From Octopus sinensis (Eukaryota), in the NCBI RefSeq assembly GCF_006345805.1, contig NC_042997.1:68076001-68140000 (forward strand): 64,000 nucleotides of DNA. Reading direction: 5' to 3'. A model generated the notes under the pieces. It saw only the letters and a list, made by a program, of their open reading frames with translations. It did no database searches and had not been told where the DNA came from. Both the position numbers and the translations under genes were made by a program. Positions 40,601 to 53,130 of this stretch are shown here, piece by piece (position 1 is the first letter of the stretch; each line of letters begins with the position of its first letter).

Positions 40601-42647
40601 ATCAAATGTAAATTAGATGCTCAGAAGCTGGCATAACATTTTAGATTTATGTTCATTCACACAAACGTAGACTGTCCACAAGAGCTTAATTATAAACAAC
40701 TTAATCAAATTACAGCTCAAACAAACGAAAGAGTTCTGGATATGAAATACTGACACATGATATATTGAATCATAGTTCAACAGTGCAACGTGAAGAATAT
40801 GCATCTAAGTCTAATTGCTAGAAAGTAACAGCTTGACTTTATATAATTGTCAGCTTTTATCTGCTGGTGTTAAGAAAATAACCTCTCAGTAACATTCTAG
40901 ATACAAAACCATATATAGGGACACATTATTAAAGAGGCATTCTTGTTATTCCTTTTTGTCTTCATTATATTGAAGTTTCTTTTTTTTTCTACTGAAGAAG
41001 CATTTAAACAAACACAATAATCAACTTGTTGGAGAACAAAAGTGTCGTGAAAGCTTACAATCTGGTGACCCAGATGATGAAAAAGAATATGTGATGTGTC
41101 CGTCATCAAGCCTCTCGCAAATGCAAGTTGTAATGGACAGATTATGTTGTTGTTTATGATAATGATAATTTTGATTACAATAATGGTAATAATGATGATG
41201 TTGATAATCGTGTGGCTGTGTATGTGCGTGCGTGTGTGAAATTGATTCTTGATTAGTCTCCTTCAATTTAGGAGTTTCCAGATTTGAGAAAAGTAAAAAT
41301 ATAATGAAACTTTGGGAAAAGGCTGCAATGTTTGGGTACTTTCGTCGGCAGCTCGAAACCATATTGATATGATCCATGGTGGTTGTCAACCTATTTGAAT
41401 ATAATTTTATGGATATCCTTCAATCGGAATTATATGACACTAAAACCTTTATCATAATGTCATTGAAAATCTTTAAGAATTCTCAAAACTGACCATAGCC
41501 TACTCAAGTAAAGTATATCTCACCCTGCCTCTTACATTAATTATTCCTTCGTAACAATAGAATAGACAGTGTAAAAGCGAGATAGTGAGAGTTATGTAGA
41601 AAAAAAAATACAAGTAGCACCGACCTCATGGAAGATACTAAAGGGAATTTTGTGACTAAGCGCTTTCTGATGATATTAGTCCCTCGGAGACGTGGGATAC
41701 ACCTAGGTTTTGTATGTTATTATCTTTATAGTAGTAGTGTTTATCGTATTGTGTTGTTCTGCAATGATCGAAATGTTGCTCTGCAGTCACTTCTTGTCCT
41801 TAAATAGCTTTGATCAGCCTGTATGCTATGCTACCACAATTCGCATAACAGTGCCATGACTGTTGTGTCGTCTATTTAAAAGCTGAACCTGCTCCATTTA
41901 TTGTTCATTGTTATAAGCAACCCTAGCTAGTTCAAAGTTGTCGGCGACGTAAGTAATTTTTCATTCATCAGTGATACTACAGTTATTTGGTAATAATCGT
42001 CAGTATTTGCCTGTCTAAATTTGTATTGAAACAATTATATAATATTCCATTGTTTTTCGTAATCTTCCTTTGCTTTAAAAAGTGGAATATTTTGAATTTT
42101 CCATTTGCATAGATGTCTAAATCTTCCATTTTATGTTCATTTCAAGAGTGGATCCTATGTTTTTTAAAAAAATTTTAATGCACCATAACTCAGGCCATGA
42201 AGTTCATTCCTGTTTGGCCGATGCAGTACTCATTGCAGTGCCGAAGTGTGATGCAGTAAATTGTCTTGCAAATCATTATTGAATTTTCCTTGAATTCTTT
42301 AATGAAAATACAATTTTATTCCGAGTAATAAAACCACACAACCTGCAAGGAAGGACTTCACGTCTCTTTACTTACACAATTTCTTCTTACGATGTTAATC
42401 TGCCTTTTGTGCAAAAACGTTTAAGATATAATGGTTGTTTTTGAATGTTAATAATAGGTAAATCCTTAATACTTTTATTTGGATTGACTACTGATATAGA
42501 AGTGCAAAATATCGGTTTTTCAGAATTTTATATATATATAAATGTAAAACTTCTATTCTTTTCTTTCTCTGAGCTTCTTATTAATATATTGCTTGTACCA
42601 CGTTCAAACGCTTGTTTTTTTTTCTCTGTTTTTTTAAAAAATTGATG

Positions 42648-42679
<32 letters not shown>

Positions 42680-42739
42680 CTATCTCTCTCTCTGATATAT
42701 ATATATATATATATATATACAGTTTTCCGGCACATCATT

Positions 42740-43070
42740 ATCCACCTTGGTCTCAGGTCTACCACAGGGTTGAATTTCAAGAGTAAAGTCACCAGACTGG
42801 AACTTCTCAACCCATCGACGTACAGTGCGCTCATTCGTCACATCTTTATCAAACACCTCATTGATATTTGGAGCTGTCTGGGATGCATTGGTTCCACGAC
42901 GGAACTCATATTTATAAACAACACGAAATTTTGATCTATCCATGGGTTCACAAAAAATTATTTACAAGAAAAAACTCACAATATAATCAGACACCATGAA
43001 TTGCATTTCGAAAAGTGATGATGTAACTCTTCAATGTTGTAACAAAGAATTGTCAAGATAAAGCATTAGA
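42740..43070 (-). mobile_element. mariner transposase 5' fragment (HTH region)
   Basis: MDRSKFRVVYKYEFRRGTNASQTA...NERTVRRWVEKFQSGDFTLE...GRP. Confidence 0.85.
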
Positions 43071-43089
43071 GTTAACGACATTCAAACTT

Positions 43090-46000
43090 GGATCATAAGA
43101 AAATTGGACATTTCATTCTTAATGACCTGATACATCATTTCATTTTTGTATCAGTTTGTAAGATTCTTTATGTGAATTCGTGTGTTGAAACAAATTTTGT
43201 TGTGTCTAGGGAGAGTCAACAAACACAATCTCCGGTTCAATTTTCACTCATTTATTATTCTATTTTTTCTTGTATCCTCTTTGTCAATAGATGAGGTGTG
43301 GGATTTCGTTTTGGTAAAAAAATTTATCATTAACAATCATTTACAGTTAAGTTGTAAATCCAGAAATGCTATTTGATTAATTGTGAGGAATGTAGCGCGC
43401 AGTATGTTGGGCAAACCACTCGGGAATTACATCAACGTCTCAATGGTCATAGACAGGCATTTAAATTGGGTAGTAAACTTTAAAATTTCGAATACTTTAG
43501 AAAACATAGCTTAGGGTTCGAAAACTGTAAAATTCAAACAAGTGGTCAAATAGATGACTCTGAATAATGTTATACAGAAACCTTTTAGAAAAAGAATGGT
43601 ATTGGACTAAGGTATTATGTAGCGTATACCTTACAAGCCTTAATTATAAAATTTTAGGTGTAGGGAACATATCTAGTAATAATGATACAGGAGGAATATA
43701 TTTCTCACAACCAGTGGTCAGAAGGAAACGTAGTCATGGACGCAGGATTAAAAAAAAAGAAATAAGGTTAGAAAAGATATTTCTTTGGGTTGGGTAAACT
43801 TAATGATTTATATACAAAGAAAGAATATTACGGTTATTATATGATATTAAGAGAATGTTCTTATACTAAACTTATAAATATAATGGAGATATATGATAGA
43901 GAGTTATCTGAAGTTAGCTTTTTAGTGAACAGATTTTGTAATAGATTAATGAAAAAGGCTAAAGTGAAAACCAATAATATGAAAGTTGAATATTTAGAAA
44001 TACCAAATGTCAGTAATTTCATTGACGATGTTAATTTAGGTAATGTAATTAGAAACTATAAAACAAAAAAAAAAAACAAAAAAAAAAAACCTCTTGACCG
44101 AAAATGGTAGACATATTAATGTCAAGATTTGTTATAAGCTTGGTAAGAAGATACCTTATTTAATTATAATAAGCTCCTATCAAAAATCAGTCTTGAAAGT
44201 TTGAAAGAAATATACTTAGGAGAATGTAAATGCGATAATTCGGAATTTTGTTATAAAGAAATAGGGTATGTTTATACAGGAAACTTAGATATTAGTAAGA
44301 ATAAGGAACTAAGGGAGATTATGAGTAAAGGAACAAAATACAGAGAACAAGGTAAGATTAGTAAATATAATTTTAATGTTATATTAAAAGCCATTAATGA
44401 ATTCATAGTTAAATTAAAGTCTCAAATATGAGGTTAAATTGGAGGAGTTCAACAGCTGGGTTAGCAAATTATATGGTAGTTAAACATTTAGAGAAATATA
44501 AGTAGATAAGGAAAGATTCAGTTTTGAATAAACCACTAGTTAAAGAATATATAAATGAATTACATTAAACTATGTAATAGTACCAGTAGATAAAGCAGCA
44601 GGAAATTTTGTAGTAATTTGTAAAAAAAATTATATCATGGTTGTAGGTAAAGTGTCAGAAGTGGATAAGGAATGGATAAGTTTATAGGTAATAATACATA
44701 CAAAGTTATCAGAAAACGTTAATAATTTAGTTAATAGACTTATACCCACAGTAGAAAGATTGAGTGGTTTAGAAGTGGAAGAAAAGGATAAAATTATCCA
44801 TCAACTTTTTGGATTCCTAAACTACATAAAGCCCCTTTTAAAAGTAGACTCATAGCAGGAGCTAGTAATTGTACAAATAAACAGCTATCTTAATGATGCT
44901 TTAAAAGTTGTTAGAGCATATTTTTAAAAATATTGTGATAAAATTTATAATAGTTCAGGAATTAATTATTTTTGGAGTATTAGATCAACCATGGAATTTC
45001 TGGACAGACTGATCAAATGTAAGAAAGTAAAGAGTATGTATGTGTATGATTTTTCGACGCTGTATACAAACTTAAATCTTAAATGTGTAGAAGATGGTAT
45101 TTTTAGAATATTAGATATTTTTAATACTCTCTCTTTTTCTCTTTTACTCTTTTACTTGTTTCAGTCATTTGACTGCGGCCACTTTGTAAGCCCAGTACTT
45201 ATTCTATCGGTCTCTTTTGCCGAACCGCTAAGTGACGGGGACGTAAACACACCAGCATCGGTTGTCAAGCAATGCTAGGGGGACAAACACAGACACACAA
45301 ACATATACACACACACTTATATATATATACATATATACGACAGGCTTCTTTCAGTTTCCGTCTACCAAATCCACTCACAAGGCATTGGTCGGCCCGGGGC
45401 TATAGCAGAAGACACTTGCCCAAGATGCCACGCAGTGGGACTGAACCCGGAACCATGTGGTTGGTTAGCAAGCTACTTACCACACAGCCACTCCTGAAGA
45501 ATGGTAAAGGTTTCTTGTCTAATTGTTGTTATAAGGGGTATATTAATATAAGTAAAAGAAAGATGAAAGAAATGGTTAGCTTTATTATTAATAATTCATT
45601 TGTAATGTTTGTGAGTAAGGTGTTTGAGCTGGTTTGGGGAATTCCAATGGGTGGCAATTGTAGTCCTCTGTTGGCGGACCTTTATCTTTCTTCATGCGAG
45701 TTCCTTTTTCTTGAAGACCTATGTGCTCGGAAACAGATGGGTTTGCTTAAACAGCTTGATGTATGCTGCAGATACATAGATGATTTATTTATACCTAATT
45801 ATGGTTTCTTTGAATTTTTACTCAGAAAAATATACCCTAGTGAGATTATAGCCACCAGAAATGGTAACAATATAAGAAATATTAATTATTTAGATGTCAA
45901 TCTAGTAATTAAGGATTATAATGAAATATGTTCTGACATTTATAATAAAACAGAAGATGTTGGTTTCCAGGAGGCTTCAATGCCATGGTTCAATTGTAGA

Positions 46001-46180
46001 ATTCCATTTTTTTTATTGGTTATGGTGTTTTTGCAGGGCAAATTGTCAGATATAGTATTATTATTAATAACGCCAATAAATTTTTGAGAAGAATAAATAA
46101 ACTGTTAAGACATTTAGTAAAACCTTATGTGAAATCGTGTGTTGAATCAGATATTGTTATATTTCGGAGCAGTCATTTTT
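43090..46180 (+). mobile_element. Penelope-like element with N-terminal GIY-YIG (Naiad-type), decayed and interrupted by a SINE
   Basis: LSCKSRNAI..NCEECSAQYVGQTTRELHQRLNGHR at about 43340-43460, then RT motifs VPVDKAAGN, WIPKLHK, YDFSTLYTNL, GIPMGGNCSPLLADLYL, CRYIDDL, YLDV. Confidence 0.85.
45126..45496 (-). mobile_element. SINE family A, internally deleted
   Basis: Reverse complement of 52589-52985 but lacking about 50 bp between cttacaaag and tggccgcag. Confidence 0.9.
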
Positions 46181-46766
46181 TTTTTGGCCAAATAAAAACA
46201 CATGCACTATATATTTGATAGTCACTTCATAATTATTTCATTATTGTTCTTATTTTATGTTCTATGCTTGGAAATCTTTCGCCAGATATCGTGTGATCTC
46301 TTCATCGACTCTCTATCCACGTATCTCCCCCTGCCCTGTTTAGTCCATTTTTAAAAGTTTCAACAAAATTTTATCAGAATTAAATTTAAATTTGTTCATA
46401 GCTGGGGTAATCTATCCCTTTAGGTTGTTTTTAATTCTACAATTGTATTTAAATAGTATTGAGCGTTGTTTGTCATTTTCATAAACTTTTGAAACGTTGA
46501 CTTATTTTTTTAACAGTGTTATGCTACAGAGCTGTGTTTACATAAATATGTTAAGATGTATGTAACGTTTATATAGATACGCTGGAATATATGTAATAAT
46601 TACAAACGTCCAAGTATCGGATTGCCCATAATGGCCGTCATATATATGTATGTATGCATGTATGTATGTATGTGTGTATGTATGTATGTATGTATGTATG
46701 CATGTATGTATGTATGTATGTATGTATCTATCTATCTATCTATTTATCTATCTATCTATCTAGCTA

Positions 46767-46930
46767 AGTGCAGGCAGGGTTATGTGGTAAGAAGTTTGCT
46801 TTCCAGCCACATGGTTTCAGCTTTGATCGCACTGCATGGCACATGGTCAAGTGTTTTATACTATAGTCTTGGACCGACCAAAGCCATGTGAGTGGATCTG
46901 GTAGATGGAAACCAAAAGAAGACTGTCGTA
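46767..46930 (+). mobile_element. SINE family A 5' half, degenerate
   Basis: tgtggtaagaagtttgc...gagtggatctggtagatggaaac...ctgtcgtat. Confidence 0.75.
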
Positions 46931-46936
46931 TGTATG

Positions 46937-46984
<48 letters not shown>

Positions 46985-47129
46985 AGTCAGGATGAGTCAG
47001 CTTTTTGAGGTTGTAGTATGAATATAGAAAAAGACACATAGCTTATCAAAACAAAGTTTTTAAAACAGTACAAATAATGTTGAGAATCCAGTTGTCATAA
47101 TTATTCAATGAATACACCATTAGCATCAA

Positions 47130-47490
47130 TGACTCTCAATACGGAGTCGGAAGCGCTGATATGTCTGAATCAGCTGATCTTTATGAGGCCAAGTGTCTGG
47201 GGGAGCATGATCATAGAGATTGCCACGATCCATGCTTCGGTTTTCCTGGCTTAATAGGATGACACAGATTCTTTTTGGAAGACGCAGTCTTTTGTTGCGT
47301 ACTCTGTCTAATCTGGCCTTCTCAACTTTCTTCAACGCCTCTATGTAGTCACCGGCCTTGTGAGAAAAAATGAGAAGTTATAATATTCCCCTCATTGCTG
47401 ACAACTCCAGGGTCCATCACTATTGCTGGGAATTTAGTATGCATGACCGCTGGGACCTCATTCGGGTCTCTGTATAACTATCTGTCATTC
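47130..47490 (-). mobile_element. maT/DD37D-type transposase fragment
   Basis: RDPNEVPAVMHTKFPAIVM..GVVSNEG and, in shifted frames, KARLDRVRNK and LYDHAPPDTWP. Confidence 0.7.
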
Positions 47491-47888
47491 AATCAGTTAA
47501 ACTTTTGATCCTGATCGAAGTTTTCCACATCGGAGAAAAATCTAAGTATTCCATCCTTTTGGTGTTTTAACTTGTTTAACAAGCGCTTTGCATTGATCGA
47601 ACGGTTCATTTCTGTTATATTCAACATAAACTGACCCATATCACATACGATTTACACTAGAGGGTGCATTCTGAAATCCTTTGCAATGGCACTGATTGAC
47701 TGTCCGGGGATTTTATCGATTACTTCTCAGACCTTTTTGTAGTCTGATATTATTTTCACCTTGTGCATGTGTTTTGTGTTTAGCTGCTGTACTTCCTGGA
47801 AGCAAGTTTTCTCTGCATTACTATGCTACGCTTTTAAGGAAACGATTACATCTTATCTTTTATTTGCCGAGTCAATCTGTCTGACACA

Positions 47889-47990
<102 letters not shown>

Positions 47991-49095
47991 ACACACTCAC
48001 ACACACATGAACTTTGTTTACATTTTGCTGCTGCTGCGATATCGGGAGAAAATGCTGGAAATCTATTCATATTTCTAGAAAAATTAATGCTGGGAATTGT
48101 CCACCACAGTCCTTCTAATGGTGTAACGCCAACGATTCTTAAACATAATGGCAGACAGTCATATAAATATGTAGATAGATGGATAAATAAGTAAATAGAC
48201 AGAAAGAAGAAGGAGAAGCGTAGTTAATAAATTGAAACCGGAAGAATGAAATCAAAACTGAACTCGATGATTTTGAAAGTGCATAGAACCAGAACAAATC
48301 TGCCAGAAATTCGGCCCAGCTGTCTAACAAGTTTGACAATTCATCGCTTTTACGGTGGATTAATGAAACAAATTTATCGTGGATGAAAGGTTAAGTTTGC
48401 CTCACAGTTACGAGATCTTGGGTTCGATATCATGAGCAAGTGTCTTTTGTCTTAACCTTGAGTCGATCTAAGTCTTGTGGGTGAAATTGCGTTGATGAAC
48501 ATTATATAAACACGTCACCCAGTGTCTGACGCTGACTCTACCTGAGAATTATGACGAGGGTATAAGTGACTGTGGAATATTCAGCCAGTTACACGCTAGT
48601 TCAATAAGGCCGTAGTTCACTTGAACGAATACGTTATATATATTTCTTCGAATCAACTGACACAGATCTATTTTAATATGGTGAAAATTCTGACTAGCTT
48701 ATCCTGGAGCATTATGTGGATGAAATATTAAATCTAAATTTTGAGATGATAATTCTGAAAATTTGTACAACATATGCATGCAAATATATTTTGCAGCTGA
48801 TTAGATCGCAGCGGTAGAACCGTTTCCAAAAATTGAAATTAATAATTACGGGAGGTGAGCCTTTCAGACGCTTGCGGCTGCAACTGGCCTTGAACTGATT
48901 ACATGCATACAATCAAAGCCTCAGACAAAACTATAAGACACACAGGCAGAAACACACACGGAGGGGGAAAATGAACGTATGCGTGTTACCTTATATTATT
49001 TGTAGAATGATGTATGTACATGCACTAGTATGTGTGATATTACCAGTGTGTTTGTGTACATCTGTGTAATAAGTTTGTTCTCTGTGTTCGCTTAA

Positions 49096-49205
<110 letters not shown>

Positions 49206-49400
49206 GTATAAACAACAAATTAGGCATTCATCTCTTAGGAATGTCCCATGCGGTAAACATCTTGATATCTGTGCAAGTGGAAAATTTTAAATACTCCCAT
49301 TTTACAAAATAAACGATGAAAATGAACAACTACGAAGGCTAAAGAAGAATACATTATACGAATTCTAAATCCGAATCCCATCAAAATCCCACATTTGCAA

Positions 49401-49440
49401 GTCTGTTACGTTTCGAGCCTACACTCTTCAACATAAAGAA
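49401..49440 (-). ncRNA. Degenerate minimal hammerhead motif
   Basis: Minus strand: tcttt ATGTTGA A GAG tgtagg CTC GAAAC GTA acagac. Confidence 0.45.
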
Positions 49441-49871
49441 GAGAAAATAAACAGAGAATAAAAAAAAACTGTGCATGGCGAATGGTCACAAAAAAAGATT
49501 TCACAGGAGAGATTGATAGATAATTAAGTATTGGTGATCATAAAACGAAGGTGCACGTGTGCGTGCTTGTATGTGTGAATGTGTGTGTGTGCGTGTGTGT
49601 GGGGGGGCTAGGGGCTAGTGACTTTGACGTAGTTGATGTGTGCATGTGTGTGCGTCAGTAACGTGTGTGTGTGAGGATGATGGTGTGTGGTGTTGTGATG
49701 TTGGTAGTGTGTATGTATATACACAAATATATATATACATATATATTCATACATATACATACACATATATACATATATACACACATACATATATATATAT
49801 ACACATATACATGAATACATATATTTATATATACATATATATATATATATGCATATATATATACATATAGA

Positions 49872-49924
<53 letters not shown>

Positions 49925-50145
49925 TCAATATAGGGTGGCAGAAAAAAATTTTGTAGAATTCTTTTTGCCACCAGCGGCCTAGTGGAAAAAATTAAATAGT
50001 CATAGACCATTTTTAAGTTCAACATCAACAATCAAGGAACGGCCATGATAGGCCATTCACCCCTAGAAATAACAGCCAAAGCTTCAACCGCAAATAAAGA
50101 TTAATTCCGTAAACAGGAGAAAATTTAAAAAACATTTACCCTGTA

Positions 50146-50252
50146 ATTTCTTGTACGATGCACCGTTTCATCTGCTGTTTAATGGTAAACTAACCTGATT
50201 AAATTAAATCAAGCCAATCTTCCATAGGCCCTCAGATTCTTCAGCAAGAAAT
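50146..50252 (-). ncRNA. Type I hammerhead ribozyme (downstream copy)
   Basis: Minus strand: stem I auuucuug/caagaaau, core CUGAAGA, stem II aucug/cagau, GAAA, stem III AC-GG(UGCA)UC-GU, cleavage after GUA (between 50154 and 50153). Confidence 0.85.
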
Positions 50253-50637
50253 AGCCAAGTCGGAACAGATATTTTCACGAGGCATTTCAAACCCTGCCAA
50301 GGTAATATCTGACCTAAAATTTTCAAATCGTCGCACTCGCGCCAAATTTATCGGCAGCAAATAAATATAAGCCGTCGATTCCATTACGGAATTAACCAGA
50401 AAATTCATAATTAATCAATATAGGCTGGCAGAAAAAAATTTTGTAGAATTCTTTTTGCCACCAGCGGCCTAGTGGGAAAAAATTAAATAGTCATAGACCA
50501 TTTTTAAGTTCAACATCAACAATCAAGGAACGGCCATGATAGGCCATTCACCCACTAGAAATAACAGCCAAAGCTTCAACCGCAAATAAAGATTAATTCC
50601 GTAAACAGGAGAAAATTTAAAAAACATTTACCCTGTA

Positions 50638-50744
50638 ATTTCTTGTACGATGCACCGTTTCATCTGCTGTTTAATGGTAAACTAACCTGATTAAATTAAA
50701 TCAAGCCAATCTTCCATAGGCCCTCAGATTCTTCAGCAAGAAAT
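50638..50744 (-). ncRNA. Type I hammerhead ribozyme (upstream copy)
   Basis: Identical 107-nt sequence; predicted cleavage between 50646 and 50645. Confidence 0.85.
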
Positions 50745-50976
50745 AGCTGTATACATATACATCTATATATAAGCATGTATACACGTATACATATACATCT
50801 ACACATATACATCTATCTATCTATATATATATATAGATATGCAGATGTATATACGCATATGTACATGCATACATATACTTATACAAAATAATAAACAAAA
50901 ATCATGTAAGTATAGAAAAATGAATGTAAAACAGTTTGTTTCATGTGAATTTGTGTGTTGACAAAATTCCGTGCTG

Positions 50977-51020
50977 CATCTGAGAAAGTAACAGTTCATG
51001 AACTGTTACTTTCTCAGATG
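50977..51020. repeat. Perfect 44-bp spacerless palindrome
   Basis: catctgagaaagtaacagttca|tgaactgttactttctcagatg. Confidence 0.97.
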
Positions 51021-51054
51021 TACGCATGTATGTGTGTGTGTATGTATGTATGTA

Positions 51055-52245
51055 CAGGGTGGAAAGCAAAATTTACAATGAACATTAAGTTGTTTTTTCT
51101 CAGCAGGCACTAAGTCAATTGTTTTGAAACCTAGCATATATTGATGTCATAATCATACCTAACACTATTATCCTTACCTTTTCAGAAAATTTTGCCCATA
51201 TGAGTAATCAGGAAAGCACACGTCAAAGAGTCTGTGATTTGCTGAATGCACTCGTCACACCAAAGGTGATTTCAAGAATAGTTGGAGTGTCCATAAAGAC
51301 TGTTTATAATGTAAAGAATAGAATGACTATGAACAAAAGTATTACGAGGAAGTCTGGAAGTTGAGGAATCAACAAAAACGTACCAAAGCTCTCAAATCCA
51401 AAATCCTGAAGGATCCAACCAACTCCATGAGAAAAATGTCAATTGAACTTGAGGTAGACAACAAAAGACCATTAGAAATGCTGTAAAATATTCTTTGAGG
51501 TTAAAATCTTACACAATAACACCAAAACACTTGTTGAAAACAACTATGAAGGAAAAGAGATTGGAAAGGTGCAAGAAAATTATTACATGGTTCAAGAAAA
51601 AGTCTCCATTGTAACGTTCTTTTCAGATGAAAAGATCTTCACTGCTGATGCTGTTCCGAACCGCAGAAATGACAGATTTATCGCAAAATCGACAGCTGAG
51701 GTTAAGGGGACATTCAAAGCAAAACATCCTGCTCAAGTTATGGATTTTGGTGTTGTGGCTTCCGATGGAAAGAAAATGCCTATAAAATTCTACAAAGCTG
51801 ATGAAAAGATCAATGTTAATACTTACTACAAGACTCTGAGATAGCAAGTATTACCCAAATGGTAATTATGTATGGACACAGGATGGTGCTCCAGCCCACA
51901 CACCTAGAAAAATACAAGATTTCCGCAAATCCAACTGTAGCAATTTTTTTGAATCATGTTTATGGCCGCCTTCTAGCCCAGATCTAAAGCCTCTGGATTA
52001 TGCTATTTGGGGTGTTTTAGAACATGCTACCAATAGAACATCACACAGCAATGTCGACTCTCTTAAAGATACCATTAAAGAAGAGTGGGAGAAGTTGTCT
52101 CTCGAATATTTGAGGAACATTTGTGCAAGTGTCAGGAAGCGTGTGAAGACAGTTATTGAGAAAGAAGGAGGACACATAGAATAAAAACATTTTCTATTAC
52201 GTAAATTTTCTTGTGGCAACTAAATTCTCATGACTTTCAATAAAC
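51055..52245 (+). mobile_element. maT/DD37D Tc1-mariner transposon, near full length, decayed, right TIR missing
   Basis: ta|cagggtggaaagc terminus; transposase 51200-52184: MSNQESTRQRV...FFSDEKIFT...TQDGAPAH...WPPSSPDLKPLDY, about 37 residues between the 2nd and 3rd D after repairing a frameshift. Confidence 0.9.
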
Positions 52246-52310
52246 TAAGTTACTTTGTTGAAGGTTGTATACACACACATATACATACATATGCATATAC
52301 ATATATATAG

Positions 52311-52342
<32 letters not shown>

Positions 52343-52353
52343 GTGTGTGTGTC

Positions 52354-52385
<32 letters not shown>

Positions 52386-52584
52386 CGTTTGTCCCTCTCA
52401 CCACCGTCTAACGGTGAATAGCTACAGCGTCTTAGATACATATATGCACATATAACCTTACTTATACATATATACTAATACACACAATCATAGAGACACT
52501 TACACACACTCACAAATATATTCTGGTACTGTGCACAATATATCTTAGCGTTACGCGATATAAATGCATACAGGCATATACATA

Positions 52585-52985
52585 GGCGCAGGAGTGGCTG
52601 TGTGGTAAGTAGCTTGCTAACCAACCACATGGTTCCGGGTTCAGTCCCACTGCGTAGCATCTTGGGCAAGTGTCTTCTGCTATAGCCCCGAGCCGACCAA
52701 TGCCTTGTGAGTGGATTTGGTAGACGGAAACTTAAAGAAACCTGTCGTATATATGTATATATATATATGTGTGTGTATGTGTTTGTGTGTCTGTGTTTGT
52801 CCCCCTAGCATTGCTTGACAGCCGATGCTGGTGTTTTTACGTCCCCGTCATTTAGCGGTTCGGCAAAAGAGAGCGATAGAATAAGTAGTGGGCTTACAAA
52901 GAATAAGTCCCGGGGTCGATTTGCTCGACTAAAGGCGGTGCTCCAGCATGGCCGCAGTCAAATGACTGAAACAAGTAAAAGAGTA
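52585..52985 (+). mobile_element. Full-length SINE family A (tRNA-like head, TA/TG spacer, core, tail)
   Basis: Longest copy of the family also seen at 335, 32785, 45126 and 46767. Confidence 0.9.
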
Positions 52986-53098
52986 TATACGCTCGCACAT
53001 ACGCACGCACTCACCATTCACGCACAGGTGCATGCGCACACACATGCACACAGAGACAAACTCTCTCTCTCTCTCTCACACACACGCGCGCGCCCGCG

Positions 53099-53130
<32 letters not shown>

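Larger units (their letters stand above)
49917..50747 (-). mobile_element. Candidate non-LTR retrozyme: 1.7 tandem copies of a ~490 bp non-coding unit with two hammerheads
   Basis: 49917-50255 recurs at 50407-50747 with only 3 differences; each copy contains a full hammerhead; TA-rich microsatellite on both flanks. Confidence 0.8.

Noticed and set aside
40998-41140. Possible further exon (KHLNKHNNQLVGEQKCRESLQSGDPDDEKEYVMCP)
   Set aside because: Weak AAG acceptor, no good donor, and the phase does not follow exon C.
43374-43376. TGA in the Naiad-type GIY-YIG as selenocysteine
   Set aside because: It arises from a small deletion that shifts NAIYLINC out of frame and is not at a Cys position.
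46270-46320. Hammerhead-like cgatgaagag...gaaag on the minus strand beside the Naiad-type element
   Set aside because: The core is mutated, stem II does not abut GAAA and there is no cleavage triplet.
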